Part shown: in pieces, positions 1 to 8,942 of the stretch
Numbering within the stretch: position 1 is the stretch's first letter
Layout: every line of letters begins with the position of its first letter
Virus record (IMG/VR): IMGVR_UViG_2922289487_000003
Span: 1 to 33,730 of that record
DNA: 33,730 nucleotides
Origin: a virus
Taxonomy: Duplodnaviria; Heunggongvirae; Uroviricota; Caudoviricetes
Strand: one strand, 5' to 3'
Translations under genes and position numbers: made by a program
Notes under the pieces: model-generated
What the model saw: the letters and a program-made list of their open reading frames with translations, nothing else
Database searches by the model: none
Told to the model about the DNA's origin: nothing

Positions 1-420
1 TCAGCTCGCCGGTTTCACGATGAAAGTAACAACTCCGAAAACGTCTAACGTATCTTCACCGCCAACAATAATCGGACTATAGGCACTATTCATAGGATTG
101 AGCTGTACTGTTGGGCGCAGTTGCAGGCGCTTAACAGTAAACTCCCCTTCAACCGCAGCTATGACAATGTCTCCATGTTCAGCAGTGCGCGAGCTGTCAA
201 CTACAAGCAGGTCGCCGTCGCTTATCCCGGCCTCTATCATCGAATCGCCTGCAGCTTTGACGAAATATGTCGAGCTGGGATGGGACACAAGCAACTCATT
301 TAGATCGATACGTTGTTCAACGTAATCCTGCGCTGGTGAGGGAAAACCGCATGGGACAAGATCACTAAATAAGGGAAGCGCAACTATCTGGCGCAGCTCA
401 GTTGGTGAATAAAACTTCAT
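1..420 (-). CDS. umuD: UmuD, S24-family SOS mutagenesis protein (139 aa)
   Basis: Motifs [11 protein letters not shown] (cleavage region), AGDSM (catalytic Ser) and FTVKRL (catalytic Lys). Start moved to the ATG at 420 (MKFYSP), downstream of the SOS boxes. Confidence 0.93.
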   Translation of the reverse strand: MKFYSPTELRQIVALPLFSDLVPCGFPSPAQDYVEQRIDLNELLVSHPSSTYFVKAAGDSMIEAGISDGDLLVVDSSRTAEHGDIVIAAVEGEFTVKRLQLRPTVQLNPMNSAYSPIIVGGEDTLDVFGVVTFIVKPAS

Positions 421-440
421 AATAAACTCACTCACATTTA

Positions 441-460
441 TACTGTTTATACATACAGTA
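441..460. promoter_or_regulatory. LexA box 1 (TACTGTTTATACATACAGTA)
   Basis: CTG-N10-CAG with TA flanks and an AT-rich spacer, between divergent umuD and dinI-like genes. Confidence 0.9.
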
Positions 461-462
461 TA

Positions 463-482
463 TACTGGCATTAAACACAGTA
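463..482. promoter_or_regulatory. LexA box 2 (TACTGGCATTAAACACAGTA)
   Basis: Second CTG-N10-CAG with TA flanks, 2 bp from box 1. Confidence 0.7.
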
Positions 483-497
483 AAGAGGAGTTAAAGC

Positions 498-734
498 ATG
501 TTCGTGGAACTCGTTTATGACAAAAGGAATTTTGATGGTCTGCCCGGTGCAAAAGATATCATTCTGGGCGAATTGACTAAGAGAGTTCACCGGATCTTCC
601 CCGATGCTGAGGTTCGGGTTAAGCCGATGATGACACTGCCGGCGATCAACACTGACGCCAGCAAGCATGAGAAGGAACAGATAAGCCGCACCGTTCAGGA
701 AATGTTTGAAGAAGCTAATATGTGGCTTGTTTAG
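498..734 (+). CDS. DinI/MsgA-family protein (78 aa)
   Basis: [11 protein letters not shown]...ELTKRV...[11 protein letters not shown]...EMFEEANMW is the DinI/MsgA pattern. RBS GAGGAG, with LexA boxes directly upstream. Confidence 0.88.
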   Translation: MFVELVYDKRNFDGLPGAKDIILGELTKRVHRIFPDAEVRVKPMMTLPAINTDASKHEKEQISRTVQEMFEEANMWLV

Positions 735-878
735 GTACTAAACAAGCACAACAGTTAGGAAATAATAATCGATCGCATCTGACCATGTATCTTACAAATC
801 TACGGGAAAATTATGTTGTAAGGCTTTGCTTTTTATGACTCAGAAGCAAAGATAGGCAATGAGATTATTCTGTAAAAA

Positions 879-908
879 TTGACGATAGCAAACAGAGCAA
901 GGTATGAT
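879..908 (+). promoter_or_regulatory. Putative sigma70 promoter of the acyltransferase moron
   Basis: TTGACG (879-884), 18-bp spacer, TATGAT (903-908). Confidence 0.55.
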
Positions 909-981
909 ATACAAGTTGAATTAAGTAACACTTTCGTAACGCTGGAATTATTTACATCTTAAGTCAAATCTAAGGGATTAG

Positions 982-2067
982 ATGTTATACTCACTTCAAT
1001 ACCTGAGAGGCCTAGCTTCAATTTTAGTTGTTCTCTACCATTGTAAATGGGAGATGAATAACGTATATGAAATTAAAAATCTTGGAAGTATTTTTTTCGG
1101 CAACGGGTATATAGGCGTTGACCTTTTCTTTATGATAAGCGGATTTGTAATCATGCTATCAACTGAAAGGGATTGTTCAGTATCTTCATTTATTTTAAAG
1201 CGTTTATTTAGAATCTATCCAGTATATTTAGCATGTCTGCTATTTTCTGTAGCATATATAAATAAAACATCAGAAATTGATTTGATTGATGCTATTTTTT
1301 TTATTAATCTAGACCTGCATAGTAATGCTCCATGGTTCGGGTACGCTATAGTATTCACTGCATGGACTTTAATGTTTGAAGCAATATTTTACATTATCTT
1401 TGCTATTTCAATGGCATTATCTAATCAACACCGTGGATTAATATCCTCATGTCTAATTATATGTATAACCACGCTACTCAATTTGATTTTTAATGATGGA
1501 GTTAAACTAAGCGGTTATGATGCAATCCCAATTGCGTCAGATGCGCCGTCTTTTATGCAGTTAGCCAGAGTATTATCATCACCAATGTTTTATGAGTTTT
1601 CAGTTGGTATTTTTATTTACTATTTATACTCAGGCAATGTATTGGTAATAGGCCAAAAAAAATCCAAATCTATTTTTGCAATATCAACAATCTCATTTTT
1701 AGTATTTTATATATCTGGGATCAATGGTGGTCATGGAATATTGAGTTGTGGAATATTTTCTGCATTTTTACTCTTTGGATTTGTAATGTATGAGAAAAAC
1801 AATAAAATCAAAAAAAACTCCTCTTTAATGTTATTGGGTAATATATCATACTCTTTGTATCTTACGCATCCTATTATAATGAACATATTGTCAACCGGAT
1901 TTATTATGATGCCTATTTACACTATGACAAATGGAATATATCATGTGCTTATTATTTTAATAAGCTCCATGCTAACATCCACTTTATTATATTACTTTAT
2001 TGAGCTTCCATGTGTTAAGGGAGCCCGAATAGCAATATCAACAATAAAGCCGGCTCGTAATATATAA
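982..2067 (+). CDS. Acyltransferase-3 (OafA/Oac-like) membrane O-acyltransferase, no SGNH domain (361 aa)
   Basis: AT3 motifs LRGLASILVVLYH, GVDLFFMISGFVI, KRLFRIYP, WTLMFEAIFY and LGNISYSLYLTH. About 10 hydrophobic segments, very AT-rich, opposite strand to the tail genes. Confidence 0.9.
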   Translation: MLYSLQYLRGLASILVVLYHCKWEMNNVYEIKNLGSIFFGNGYIGVDLFFMISGFVIMLSTERDCSVSSFILKRLFRIYPVYLACLLFSVAYINKTSEIDLIDAIFFINLDLHSNAPWFGYAIVFTAWTLMFEAIFYIIFAISMALSNQHRGLISSCLIICITTLLNLIFNDGVKLSGYDAIPIASDAPSFMQLARVLSSPMFYEFSVGIFIYYLYSGNVLVIGQKKSKSIFAISTISFLVFYISGINGGHGILSCGIFSAFLLFGFVMYEKNNKIKKNSSLMLLGNISYSLYLTHPIIMNILSTGFIMMPIYTMTNGIYHVLIILISSMLTSTLLYYFIELPCVKGARIAISTIKPARNI

Positions 2068-2068
2068 A

Positions 2069-2090
2069 CCATGAGGATTATACCTCATGG
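2069..2090. terminator. Hairpin between the convergent acyltransferase and tfa genes
   Basis: CCATGAGG-attata-CCTCATGG, a perfect 8-bp stem; no strong U-tract. Confidence 0.55.
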
Positions 2091-2098
2091 AATTCAAG

Positions 2099-2689
2099 TT
2101 ATGGTTGTGCAGGCCATTTAATAATAAGTGGATTACTAGTATCGACTTCCCAGAGTTCATCCAGATAATCAAGCCATAAATTATATTGTGCTTTTTCCGT
2201 TTCGTTTAATCGTCCAACAGCGGCTTTCCCAGCCCATTGTTTACTGTTTAAGTATCCATTAACTTGGTCAATCCTTGCTTTTTTTTCCGCTTCAAGTGCA
2301 GCAACACCAGCGGCATGCTCCACTGTGGTATCGGTTACCCATTCTTTACCATTCCAAATATCAAACGGAGTGGTAGGAGCTGCATTTGTGTGATTGACGC
2401 GCAGCGCCCCAATATAATTAATGGTTAAGGGTAAACCGTCAATAGTTGAATAGACTATTTCTCCACGGTGATCCTCTTCCTGTCTCCACTGTACACCAGT
2501 GAACAGAGAAACCTTTCCTTTTTCTGTTTCACTGGGTTCAATATCAGTTGAATTTCCAGGCATGCTCACACCTATATTGATATATTCATCAGACCACCCG
2601 GTATACTCACCAGTCACCGAGTCAAAATAAAAACAGCGAATATTCCCCGGCTCTTTCGCCAGACCATTTTCATCAAATACAGGTTTCAT
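2099..2689 (-). CDS. Tail fibre assembly chaperone, Tfa-like (196 aa)
   Basis: W...EDHRGE.VYST, TPFD.WNGKEWV and LW.DYLDEL..VDTS...WP.QP motifs; directly after the fibre gene. Confidence 0.88.
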   Translation of the reverse strand: MKPVFDENGLAKEPGNIRCFYFDSVTGEYTGWSDEYINIGVSMPGNSTDIEPSETEKGKVSLFTGVQWRQEEDHRGEIVYSTIDGLPLTINYIGALRVNHTNAAPTTPFDIWNGKEWVTDTTVEHAAGVAALEAEKKARIDQVNGYLNSKQWAGKAAVGRLNETEKAQYNLWLDYLDELWEVDTSNPLIIKWPAQP

Positions 2690-3411
2690 TATTTGGCCCT
2701 TATCAAGAAATTTAGTGCAATGTTACGTGATCGTGTTTCTGTTGAAGTTCTTGCAACTCGACCAGCATCGAAATACATAGTGTTAACACGCTCATTACCG
2801 GTGGTAGCCGTAGCGCTGGGAGGAGATGTTGTCTGAGAGCCTGGATAGAATGCACCGCCCTCACCGTTAACAAGCACACTTAATTGTGCAGCCCCGGCAG
2901 TTGCTGCGCTAAAAGAACCAGTAATATTTTGTAGCGCATCGAGTTGTGCCGACAGCAATGCCCGTCCACTATCTATTCCGCGTCCATCATCCCAGATGCG
3001 GATAAATTCGCCGCGCATGTCCGGGATAACCAACCCAGTCCAGACCTTAGCCAATTTGGGATATTCCGTGGGGGAGAATGATGCGCCGTTAGGTTTCAGA
3101 AAAACCATATTTTCCCATTCATCCACGACGGTATTTGGCATCGCCGCTAAAGGCCAGAAAAATGGAATTCCTATAGGTGGCGCTCCAGCACCGATTCTAA
3201 ATAAGGCTTCCACAAGTTGATTATGTTTACCTTTTTCAAGAATAAGACCGGCGGACTCAACCACTGCGCAAAGTTCTTCCTGGAGCATGTCAAAATATTC
3301 ATCGTCCAGATCGGTTGCCGGGGTTCCTGTCTGGGGGTTCCCTCGGGTAAAGCCGTTCTTACCCGCGCCGAATTTATCTTTCTGCGCAGTTACTGTATCT
3401 ATACGGTGCAT
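2689..3411 (-). CDS. Short tail fibre protein with collar domain (240 aa)
   Basis: N-terminus MHRIDT.TAQKDKFGAGKNGFTRGNPQTGTPAT is SfV/e14 StfP-like. Collar motifs PIGIPFFWP, PDMRGEFIR.WDDGRGIDSGR and TETRSRNIA. Confidence 0.85.
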   Translation of the reverse strand: MHRIDTVTAQKDKFGAGKNGFTRGNPQTGTPATDLDDEYFDMLQEELCAVVESAGLILEKGKHNQLVEALFRIGAGAPPIGIPFFWPLAAMPNTVVDEWENMVFLKPNGASFSPTEYPKLAKVWTGLVIPDMRGEFIRIWDDGRGIDSGRALLSAQLDALQNITGSFSAATAGAAQLSVLVNGEGGAFYPGSQTTSPPSATATTGNERVNTMYFDAGRVARTSTETRSRNIALNFLIRAK

Positions 3412-3414
3412 GGG

Positions 3415-3999
3415 TTACTCCGGATATTTGAAAATTACGTAGGTATGAGAAGGGCAAAGCTTATTGAGGACACACTCAACAACTGTGTCGCCCCATATTC
3501 TGATCGATGAATCACAGGGATCGTTGCAGGTCATCCAGGTTGTTTCTGTTGATGACGGCATATTGACCTGCCAGTAATACCGCCAGTCCGTGGAATACAC
3601 CCCATCCGTACATTTTGAAGTGCAGGTAAATGTACTTTTATCGTATCGCGTTATAGTCGCACCAGGTTTTCCAAGGGCAACAAGTTGCGCCAGATAAAAT
3701 GCCTCGTTAATCCCACCAGCCAGGTTAACTTTTGCATCAAGCCGTTGTTGGCGCTGACGTATTGTCTGCGTTCCGGATGGAATACATTCATCAGGTAAGC
3801 CACAGCATTTTTCCCAGCGGTTTATCAGTTCTGTGGTTGTTCGTGGATCGATCTCCAGCATCAGTGAATCAGCGCGCCGATGCACTCTGAGTAATGAGGG
3901 GGCGGTCCCCTTTATCGCCACATCATCAACTGTCCAGGCTGGCCCTGGAGGAAGAAGCGCGGCGAGCAGGTGAATATAATCATCTTCATTCACTGCCAC
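3415..3999 (-). CDS. Baseplate protein, YmfQ/Mu gp48-like (194 aa)
   Basis: [26 protein letters not shown] and terminal [14 protein letters not shown]; synteny. Confidence 0.88.
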   Translation of the reverse strand: MAVNEDDYIHLLAALLPPGPAWTVDDVAIKGTAPSLLRVHRRADSLMLEIDPRTTTELINRWEKCCGLPDECIPSGTQTIRQRQQRLDAKVNLAGGINEAFYLAQLVALGKPGATITRYDKSTFTCTSKCTDGVYSTDWRYYWQVNMPSSTETTWMTCNDPCDSSIRIWGDTVVECVLNKLCPSHTYVIFKYPE

Positions 4000-5048
4000 A
4001 TTACGCCTCCCAGAACGGCCAGTTCATTCTTCGCGATCGGCGTATCAGCCGCCGGCGCAATCAGTTTGTGGCTGTGCTCACCAGCAGCAATTGAGATGGC
4101 TTCATTGATACGCGACAACTCGAGAACCCCATCAGGATAACCATCACGAAGGAGAAAAGAACGAAGTTCGGCCACTACTGCAGCTCGTGTTTCAGCATTG
4201 TCCGGATTCAGATCAATAGTGAAATCGATGGTTTTAGGTGTCGCTCTGAAAACATACAAATCAGAACCCGCCACAGGGGCCAGTGGTTCAATATGCGCCT
4301 GCGCGGCAGCTACAGTTACGTCATCAAGTATCGGATTGATCAGGTCACTACTTGCGACCATCACACCAACTGTGCCTGTCCCCATCCAGTGGCGGTAAGT
4401 CCAGGCTCGGGTGATCCCGGGAACCTCTTTAGCCCAGACAATATAATCACCATCTGCGCCACCCTGTGGTGTCCAGTAGTAGCGCTCAAGAACTCTCGAT
4501 CGCCACTCTTCAACATCCTCTACATCAACACCACCCGCCAGCGTGTCAGCCATCCCGCCTGATGGCAGGCCATTAACCGGAGTGACAAGAGACAGCGAAG
4601 TGCCATCATCCGCATTTCCTGTTGTGCCATTAACATTACAAATTATGGGTAGCCGCAATACGCCACCAGCACTTTTAGCATCGGCCGTCGCTGTGTACTG
4701 AACAAAATCATCACGCTGGATAATGGCCCCGGCTTTGACTGTCAGATTGTCAGCCACGCCCTCCCATCGCATGAAACCAGCCGCTGCTGTTGCGGCCTTT
4801 CTCGGACACCGCTTCATGGCAGCATGACGGGCAAGCCATCCCTCATCACATAGATCAGGCAGCATATTCATTGCCAGATAATCGATATACCCGTAAACCG
4901 TATGTAATGCCCCGGCATAGACTTTGGCCCTGACATCCTCATCCATACGGCGAAGTTCATCATTGATATCCAGACGGGCAAAGAGATCGGTGCGTATCAT
5001 GCTGATATTTTCAGCCAGTGTTGGCCGCTGGAATTCACTGTCCGCCAT
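3990..5048 (-). CDS. Baseplate J-like wedge protein, Mu gp47-like (352 aa)
   Basis: [21 protein letters not shown] and GTGTV motifs; synteny. Confidence 0.9.
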   Translation of the reverse strand: MADSEFQRPTLAENISMIRTDLFARLDINDELRRMDEDVRAKVYAGALHTVYGYIDYLAMNMLPDLCDEGWLARHAAMKRCPRKAATAAAGFMRWEGVADNLTVKAGAIIQRDDFVQYTATADAKSAGGVLRLPIICNVNGTTGNADDGTSLSLVTPVNGLPSGGMADTLAGGVDVEDVEEWRSRVLERYYWTPQGGADGDYIVWAKEVPGITRAWTYRHWMGTGTVGVMVASSDLINPILDDVTVAAAQAHIEPLAPVAGSDLYVFRATPKTIDFTIDLNPDNAETRAAVVAELRSFLLRDGYPDGVLELSRINEAISIAAGEHSHKLIAPAADTPIAKNELAVLGGVMWQ

Positions 5049-5463
5049 GAGTGATTACGCTCCATAAATCATTAAAGGAAATGGTAACCGGCCCGTCCCG
5101 GCGCCAGAGTACAATTTGATTACCGAGTTCGTTAATACCGGTTCGCTGAATATCGATGTCGATACGTGATACCACCCCATCATCAATCATCCACTGGAGT
5201 GCATCACGCAGATAAATTCGGACCTTGTTCACCAGGGCATTGGTCAACTTGCTGCGTTGTAACAGCCATAGTTTTGAGCCGTAACGATCATTGGCAACAA
5301 CGGGCCATGTATCGCCCCACCAGCCCATAGGGACATCAGCATTGTCATCCGGATCAGCACGACGATGTGTAAAAAGTGAAATAACCACAGCCCTTACCAG
5401 CGGATTCAGCGACGAACTGACGCTAACCCGCTTACCATTTACCGTAAGCCAGAGTTCCATCAT
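5035..5463 (-). CDS. Mu gp46-like baseplate protein (142 aa)
   Basis: VISLFT.RRA, GWWGD, GSKLWLL.RSKLT and ALQWMIDDG motifs. Confidence 0.88.
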   Translation of the reverse strand: MMELWLTVNGKRVSVSSSLNPLVRAVVISLFTHRRADPDDNADVPMGWWGDTWPVVANDRYGSKLWLLQRSKLTNALVNKVRIYLRDALQWMIDDGVVSRIDIDIQRTGINELGNQIVLWRRDGPVTISFNDLWSVITHGGQ

Positions 5464-6008
5464 TCCCCCATATGACTGGCCGGGGTATCAGTGTTGTTAC
5501 CCTGCCCGTTTTCTTTGTGTTCATGACCGTTATAGACAATCCGCATCGCTGACATCGTCAGCCCGCCGGAATCACACAGATCCTTAATATGTCCCGTTGC
5601 CTCGATATCCATTTCAAAACGGGCTTTTGGGGCATTAACAAACCGGATTAGATTCCCGCCGCCGTCAACAACAATTCCAGAACGTGTGAGGTGAACCTTC
5701 TGTCCGAGATCGTCATACAGGGCGACTTCACCCTCTTTCAGTCCGCGAAGCCGGTACCGGCGATCAGCAACCGCAATCACAATGCCGTGTGATCTGTCAC
5801 CATCAGGAAACAGAACCACGCCTTCAGCTCCCGGTTTCGCGTGAGAAGTAAACCCGTAAGGCTCAAGATGTTCTATACCCGCTTTCGTCTGGGCACCGAT
5901 AAGTTCAACATCCACCATCTGGCATTTACTGGCAGCATCAATACTTTTTACGACTGCGCGACCAATCAGACAAAGCACCTGCCTCTGCAGGCTTTGCATT
6001 ACGCCCAT
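5460..6008 (-). CDS. Baseplate spike, Mu gp45/gpV-like (182 aa)
   Basis: EHLEPYGFTS, DRRYRL.GL..GEVALYD and C-terminal H.H (NGHEH). Confidence 0.88.
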   Translation of the reverse strand: MGVMQSLQRQVLCLIGRAVVKSIDAASKCQMVDVELIGAQTKAGIEHLEPYGFTSHAKPGAEGVVLFPDGDRSHGIVIAVADRRYRLRGLKEGEVALYDDLGQKVHLTRSGIVVDGGGNLIRFVNAPKARFEMDIEATGHIKDLCDSGGLTMSAMRIVYNGHEHKENGQGNNTDTPASHMGE

Positions 6009-7087
6009 CAGAACGGGTCCTCTTTGGCTTTTCGTTTTTTAGTACGTTTCTGCTTCTCATCTTCCGGTTCAGGAAGATAAGCATCCGGCGGCCCGACACG
6101 AAGTTCCGCTAATGTGCCGTTATTGTCTTTGGTGAATGACACTTCAGAAATGAGCAATTCGCGGTTATTGAATCCGCATACAGGGTCAAAAACGATGACA
6201 CGCTGATTCGGTTGCCAGAGCGAGCCGTCACCCTATCGCCAGCCCCAGACCACATAAGTGGTTTCGTCGGTACGTGCAGCACGTTGTCTGGCTTCAAACT
6301 CAGCGCGGGCAATACAGCTTGCGCCTGTCGATTGTCCTGTCTGCTGCACAACCATCGGACGATAACGCCCTATTCCTGCATCAGCAGTTTTTGACCTCAG
6401 AGCCGTAGTGGTTGCTGCCCCAAAATCATTATCATTCCCGGCACGCTGGCCGGAGACCTGATAAGTTGAAAAGCGGTCGCGGATACTTTTTTCGGTATCA
6501 CAGGAAATAACGTTTTGCCCCAGCACCAGGGCAGTATGCGCCCGCGTGGAACCCGGAACGCCAATAACCAGACGCCCTTTCGGATCGTCGTATGCCAGCG
6601 CCTGTTGCTGACCAAGCATTTTATTGAGAACCTCAATGACCGTCTCACCGTGATCTGGCTGAACGCCGGGTATTGCCGCAGCAGGGGCCCCCGAATCCAC
6701 GACAGATATGCCAAATGGTTTCGCCAGTGCAGCGGCAACCTGAACAAGCGATTGCCCGTTGAACTGGGTTGGTTCTGCGGAACAGTCAATAAGGTCGGCC
6801 GTCAGACTGCGACCGCTGATCCCGGTGCTGATTGACCTCGCGTCATAGCGAACCGGCGTCGCCTCCACCCAGCCAGTAATGACCAGATCATCACCGATGA
6901 GGACTTCTACCTTGTCACCGTTTTTTACTTTTGGCTGCAACGAGTTAGAACCTTCACCACCAGGCCACTCGCGGGTAATTTCAACGCTGAAGTCGCGCGC
7001 GATGCGCTCAATACCTGCGCCTATGCGAACAGATGTCCAGCCACCCCATTCCCGTCCGTTAACACGTAGCGTTACGTTATCGTTCAT
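6008..7087 (-). pseudogene. Baseplate hub, Mu gp44/P-like, interrupted by an in-frame TAG at 6233-6235 (359 codons if read through)
   Basis: The frame continues past TAG as GDGSLWQPNQRVIVFDPVCGFNNRELLISEVSF...KEDPF to a TGA at 6008-6010, which overlaps the gp45 ATG. Confidence 0.85.
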
Positions 7088-8385
7088 CGTACAGGAACCC
7101 TCAACGGAGACACTGGAACGAAGCCAGGATGTGCCACAGCGTTACGCTTTACGATATCTGACTCGCGATCCGCATTATCAAACCATGTGGCAGCCAGAAC
7201 CAGCGCGGGTGTAACCTCATCCGGTGTTCTTATGACGGTCTTTGGCGCCTGAGTTAACCGGGTTTTAATATCGTTATTGAGATCAGATTTCACTCTGCGG
7301 AGCGCCAGAAAAAGACGATCATCAGTGATGCGGGATAGCTCTTTGTCGATGGCATCATTCAGTGTGTCACGTACATCGACTAACTCATCCCATGTTGGCA
7401 AATCGACAGAAACCGTTTCTTCCTGGGCATTATTCAATGCCGGATGCGATACAACCGGCCAGCCAGTTGTTTCCTGTGTGGCATCACGCGCTGGCGTTAC
7501 CGATGCAGGTAAACTTGTCACCGTGTACGCGGCTTCACTGATTGCAGTCGTGCGGATCGCACTGGCAACATAATTGCTCTGTTGCGTTCTGTTTTTCGTC
7601 GTCGTGCTGTCAGTTTTCCAGACACCACGGGGAGCAAGATCACTCCCCAATGTGATACCTGAGAAATTTTTAATCATGGTGTAAAGATCGCTGGCATTAC
7701 CTGTCAGGCGATTGCCGGCGCGCCACATCGTCTGAAGTTGTTCAATGAACCCCTTACCTGATGATGGTGGAGGCAATAACACAGAAATATCGCCCTGCAA
7801 TAATCGGGCAGCAGAAGAAATACCAGAATCAACCATCGCCATTTTATCTGATACAAAACCGAGCATATTCTTTGCATCATCTAATACACTGCCCTGAACA
7901 AAGTCTGGCATGCCATCCATACCAAACTGATCAAAGCTATCGCTGATACAGTCATCTAATGCTGAGCAGGATGAAACCAGTGTATTTGCCGTTGCAGTGC
8001 CAGCCGTTGGATATGAAAGTTCCCCGGCCTCAACGAACCGCAGATCGAAGCGCACCATGCGCCCTTCACTTCTTGCGGTGCTGACATTAATCTCTCCGTC
8101 AACACAGACACTGATTTCCCCATAGGTCGGATGTACCAGCGTACCCGGTCCCGGTTTGTTCAGTGCCTCAATAAGTCTGTCACGTTGATCAAAGCAGTCA
8201 TCTCCGATCACATAGGCGGTGATGCCAGGACGCAGCGTTACCCTTCCTAAGTCCTCGCTATAAGGTTTATCGCGGTTTGGGTATTCATGCGTTTCAACTC
8301 GACGTCCTACCGGGGCCCCTTCATCTTCTACCTTGAACGGAACGCCGCGAAACGACGCTTCAACCAGTCTGTCTTTCCACGCCAT
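7084..8385 (-). CDS. DNA-circulation/tail protein, Mu gp43/N-like (433 aa)
   Basis: ASFRGVPF.V, GRRVETHEYPNRDKPY.EDLG and GPGTLVHPTYG. Start placed at MAWKDRL. Confidence 0.88.
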   Translation of the reverse strand: MAWKDRLVEASFRGVPFKVEDEGAPVGRRVETHEYPNRDKPYSEDLGRVTLRPGITAYVIGDDCFDQRDRLIEALNKPGPGTLVHPTYGEISVCVDGEINVSTARSEGRMVRFDLRFVEAGELSYPTAGTATANTLVSSCSALDDCISDSFDQFGMDGMPDFVQGSVLDDAKNMLGFVSDKMAMVDSGISSAARLLQGDISVLLPPPSSGKGFIEQLQTMWRAGNRLTGNASDLYTMIKNFSGITLGSDLAPRGVWKTDSTTTKNRTQQSNYVASAIRTTAISEAAYTVTSLPASVTPARDATQETTGWPVVSHPALNNAQEETVSVDLPTWDELVDVRDTLNDAIDKELSRITDDRLFLALRRVKSDLNNDIKTRLTQAPKTVIRTPDEVTPALVLAATWFDNADRESDIVKRNAVAHPGFVPVSPLRVPVR

Positions 8386-8413
8386 TGTCTGCACCAATAT
8401 GATTTGTTATAAG
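8385..8413 (+). promoter_or_regulatory. Putative sigma70 promoter of the antisense tail-region moron
   Basis: TTGTCT (8385-8390), 17-bp spacer, TATAAG (8408-8413), with an extended -10 TG. Confidence 0.6.
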
Positions 8414-8477
8414 CTACTCTGTTTCAGACGCTTCTTTCGAAGCGCCAGAGAACATTTACCTTTAAGGAGAGGTATAA

Positions 8478-8915
8478 ATGGAAATGTTGTTGCCGTTAAT
8501 ACTGGGTTTGTTGCTAGCCGTTTTCATAGGACGGTGGGCTTATAAAAAAGAAAAGACCAAGCCCAGAAAAATAATGGCTGCTCTTCTCGGTGCTGTTTTT
8601 GGATTCTTCGCACCACTGATAATCGCAGCGTTTGTTATGACTCCCCCGGAAAAAGAAAAAACTAAAGAGGAGCTTGTTATGGCAAAGCTCACGCGCTCAG
8701 TGGATGGTTGCCCACTTGATATGAAAGATCGCGTGAAAGAATCAATGAATGATCCGGATAGTTTTGAATGTATCGAAACTAACGTTATACGTCGTAAAGA
8801 TGATTACGTCATGATCATGCAGTTCCGTGGCAAAAACCAATTAGGGGGAATGGTTAAAAATGTCGCCAAAGCGGAATATGATTCAGAGGGAAATTTCGCA
8901 AGGTTCATCAATTAA
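8478..8915 (+). CDS. Uncharacterised 2-TM membrane protein, moron (145 aa)
   Basis: RBS AAGGAGAGG. Two N-terminal hydrophobic helices separated by a basic loop, then a soluble domain with NDPDSFE and FRGKNQLGG. Confidence 0.8.
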   Translation: MEMLLPLILGLLLAVFIGRWAYKKEKTKPRKIMAALLGAVFGFFAPLIIAAFVMTPPEKEKTKEELVMAKLTRSVDGCPLDMKDRVKESMNDPDSFECIETNVIRRKDDYVMIMQFRGKNQLGGMVKNVAKAEYDSEGNFARFIN

Positions 8916-8919
8916 AAAC

Positions 8920-8942
8920 AATGGGAGGTTTACCCTCCCATT
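8920..8942. terminator. Hairpin between the moron and the 3' end of the tape measure gene
   Basis: AATGGGAGG-tttac-CCTCCCATT, a 9-bp stem; the tape measure stop codon lies in the loop. Confidence 0.5.

Noticed and set aside
2099-3411. Invertible tail-fibre system like e14 Pin or Mu Gin
   Set aside because: There is no invertase gene, no second fibre or tfa copy, and no recognisable crossover site.
6229-6240. Dcm hotspot origin for the hub-gene amber
   Set aside because: The inferred ancestral context is ACAGG, not CCWGG. Only the Q lesion fits Dcm.
6109-6351. 80-aa ORF as a separately translated hub C-terminus or frameshift rescue
   Set aside because: It is in a different frame. The hub-like sequence continues in the original frame after the TAG.
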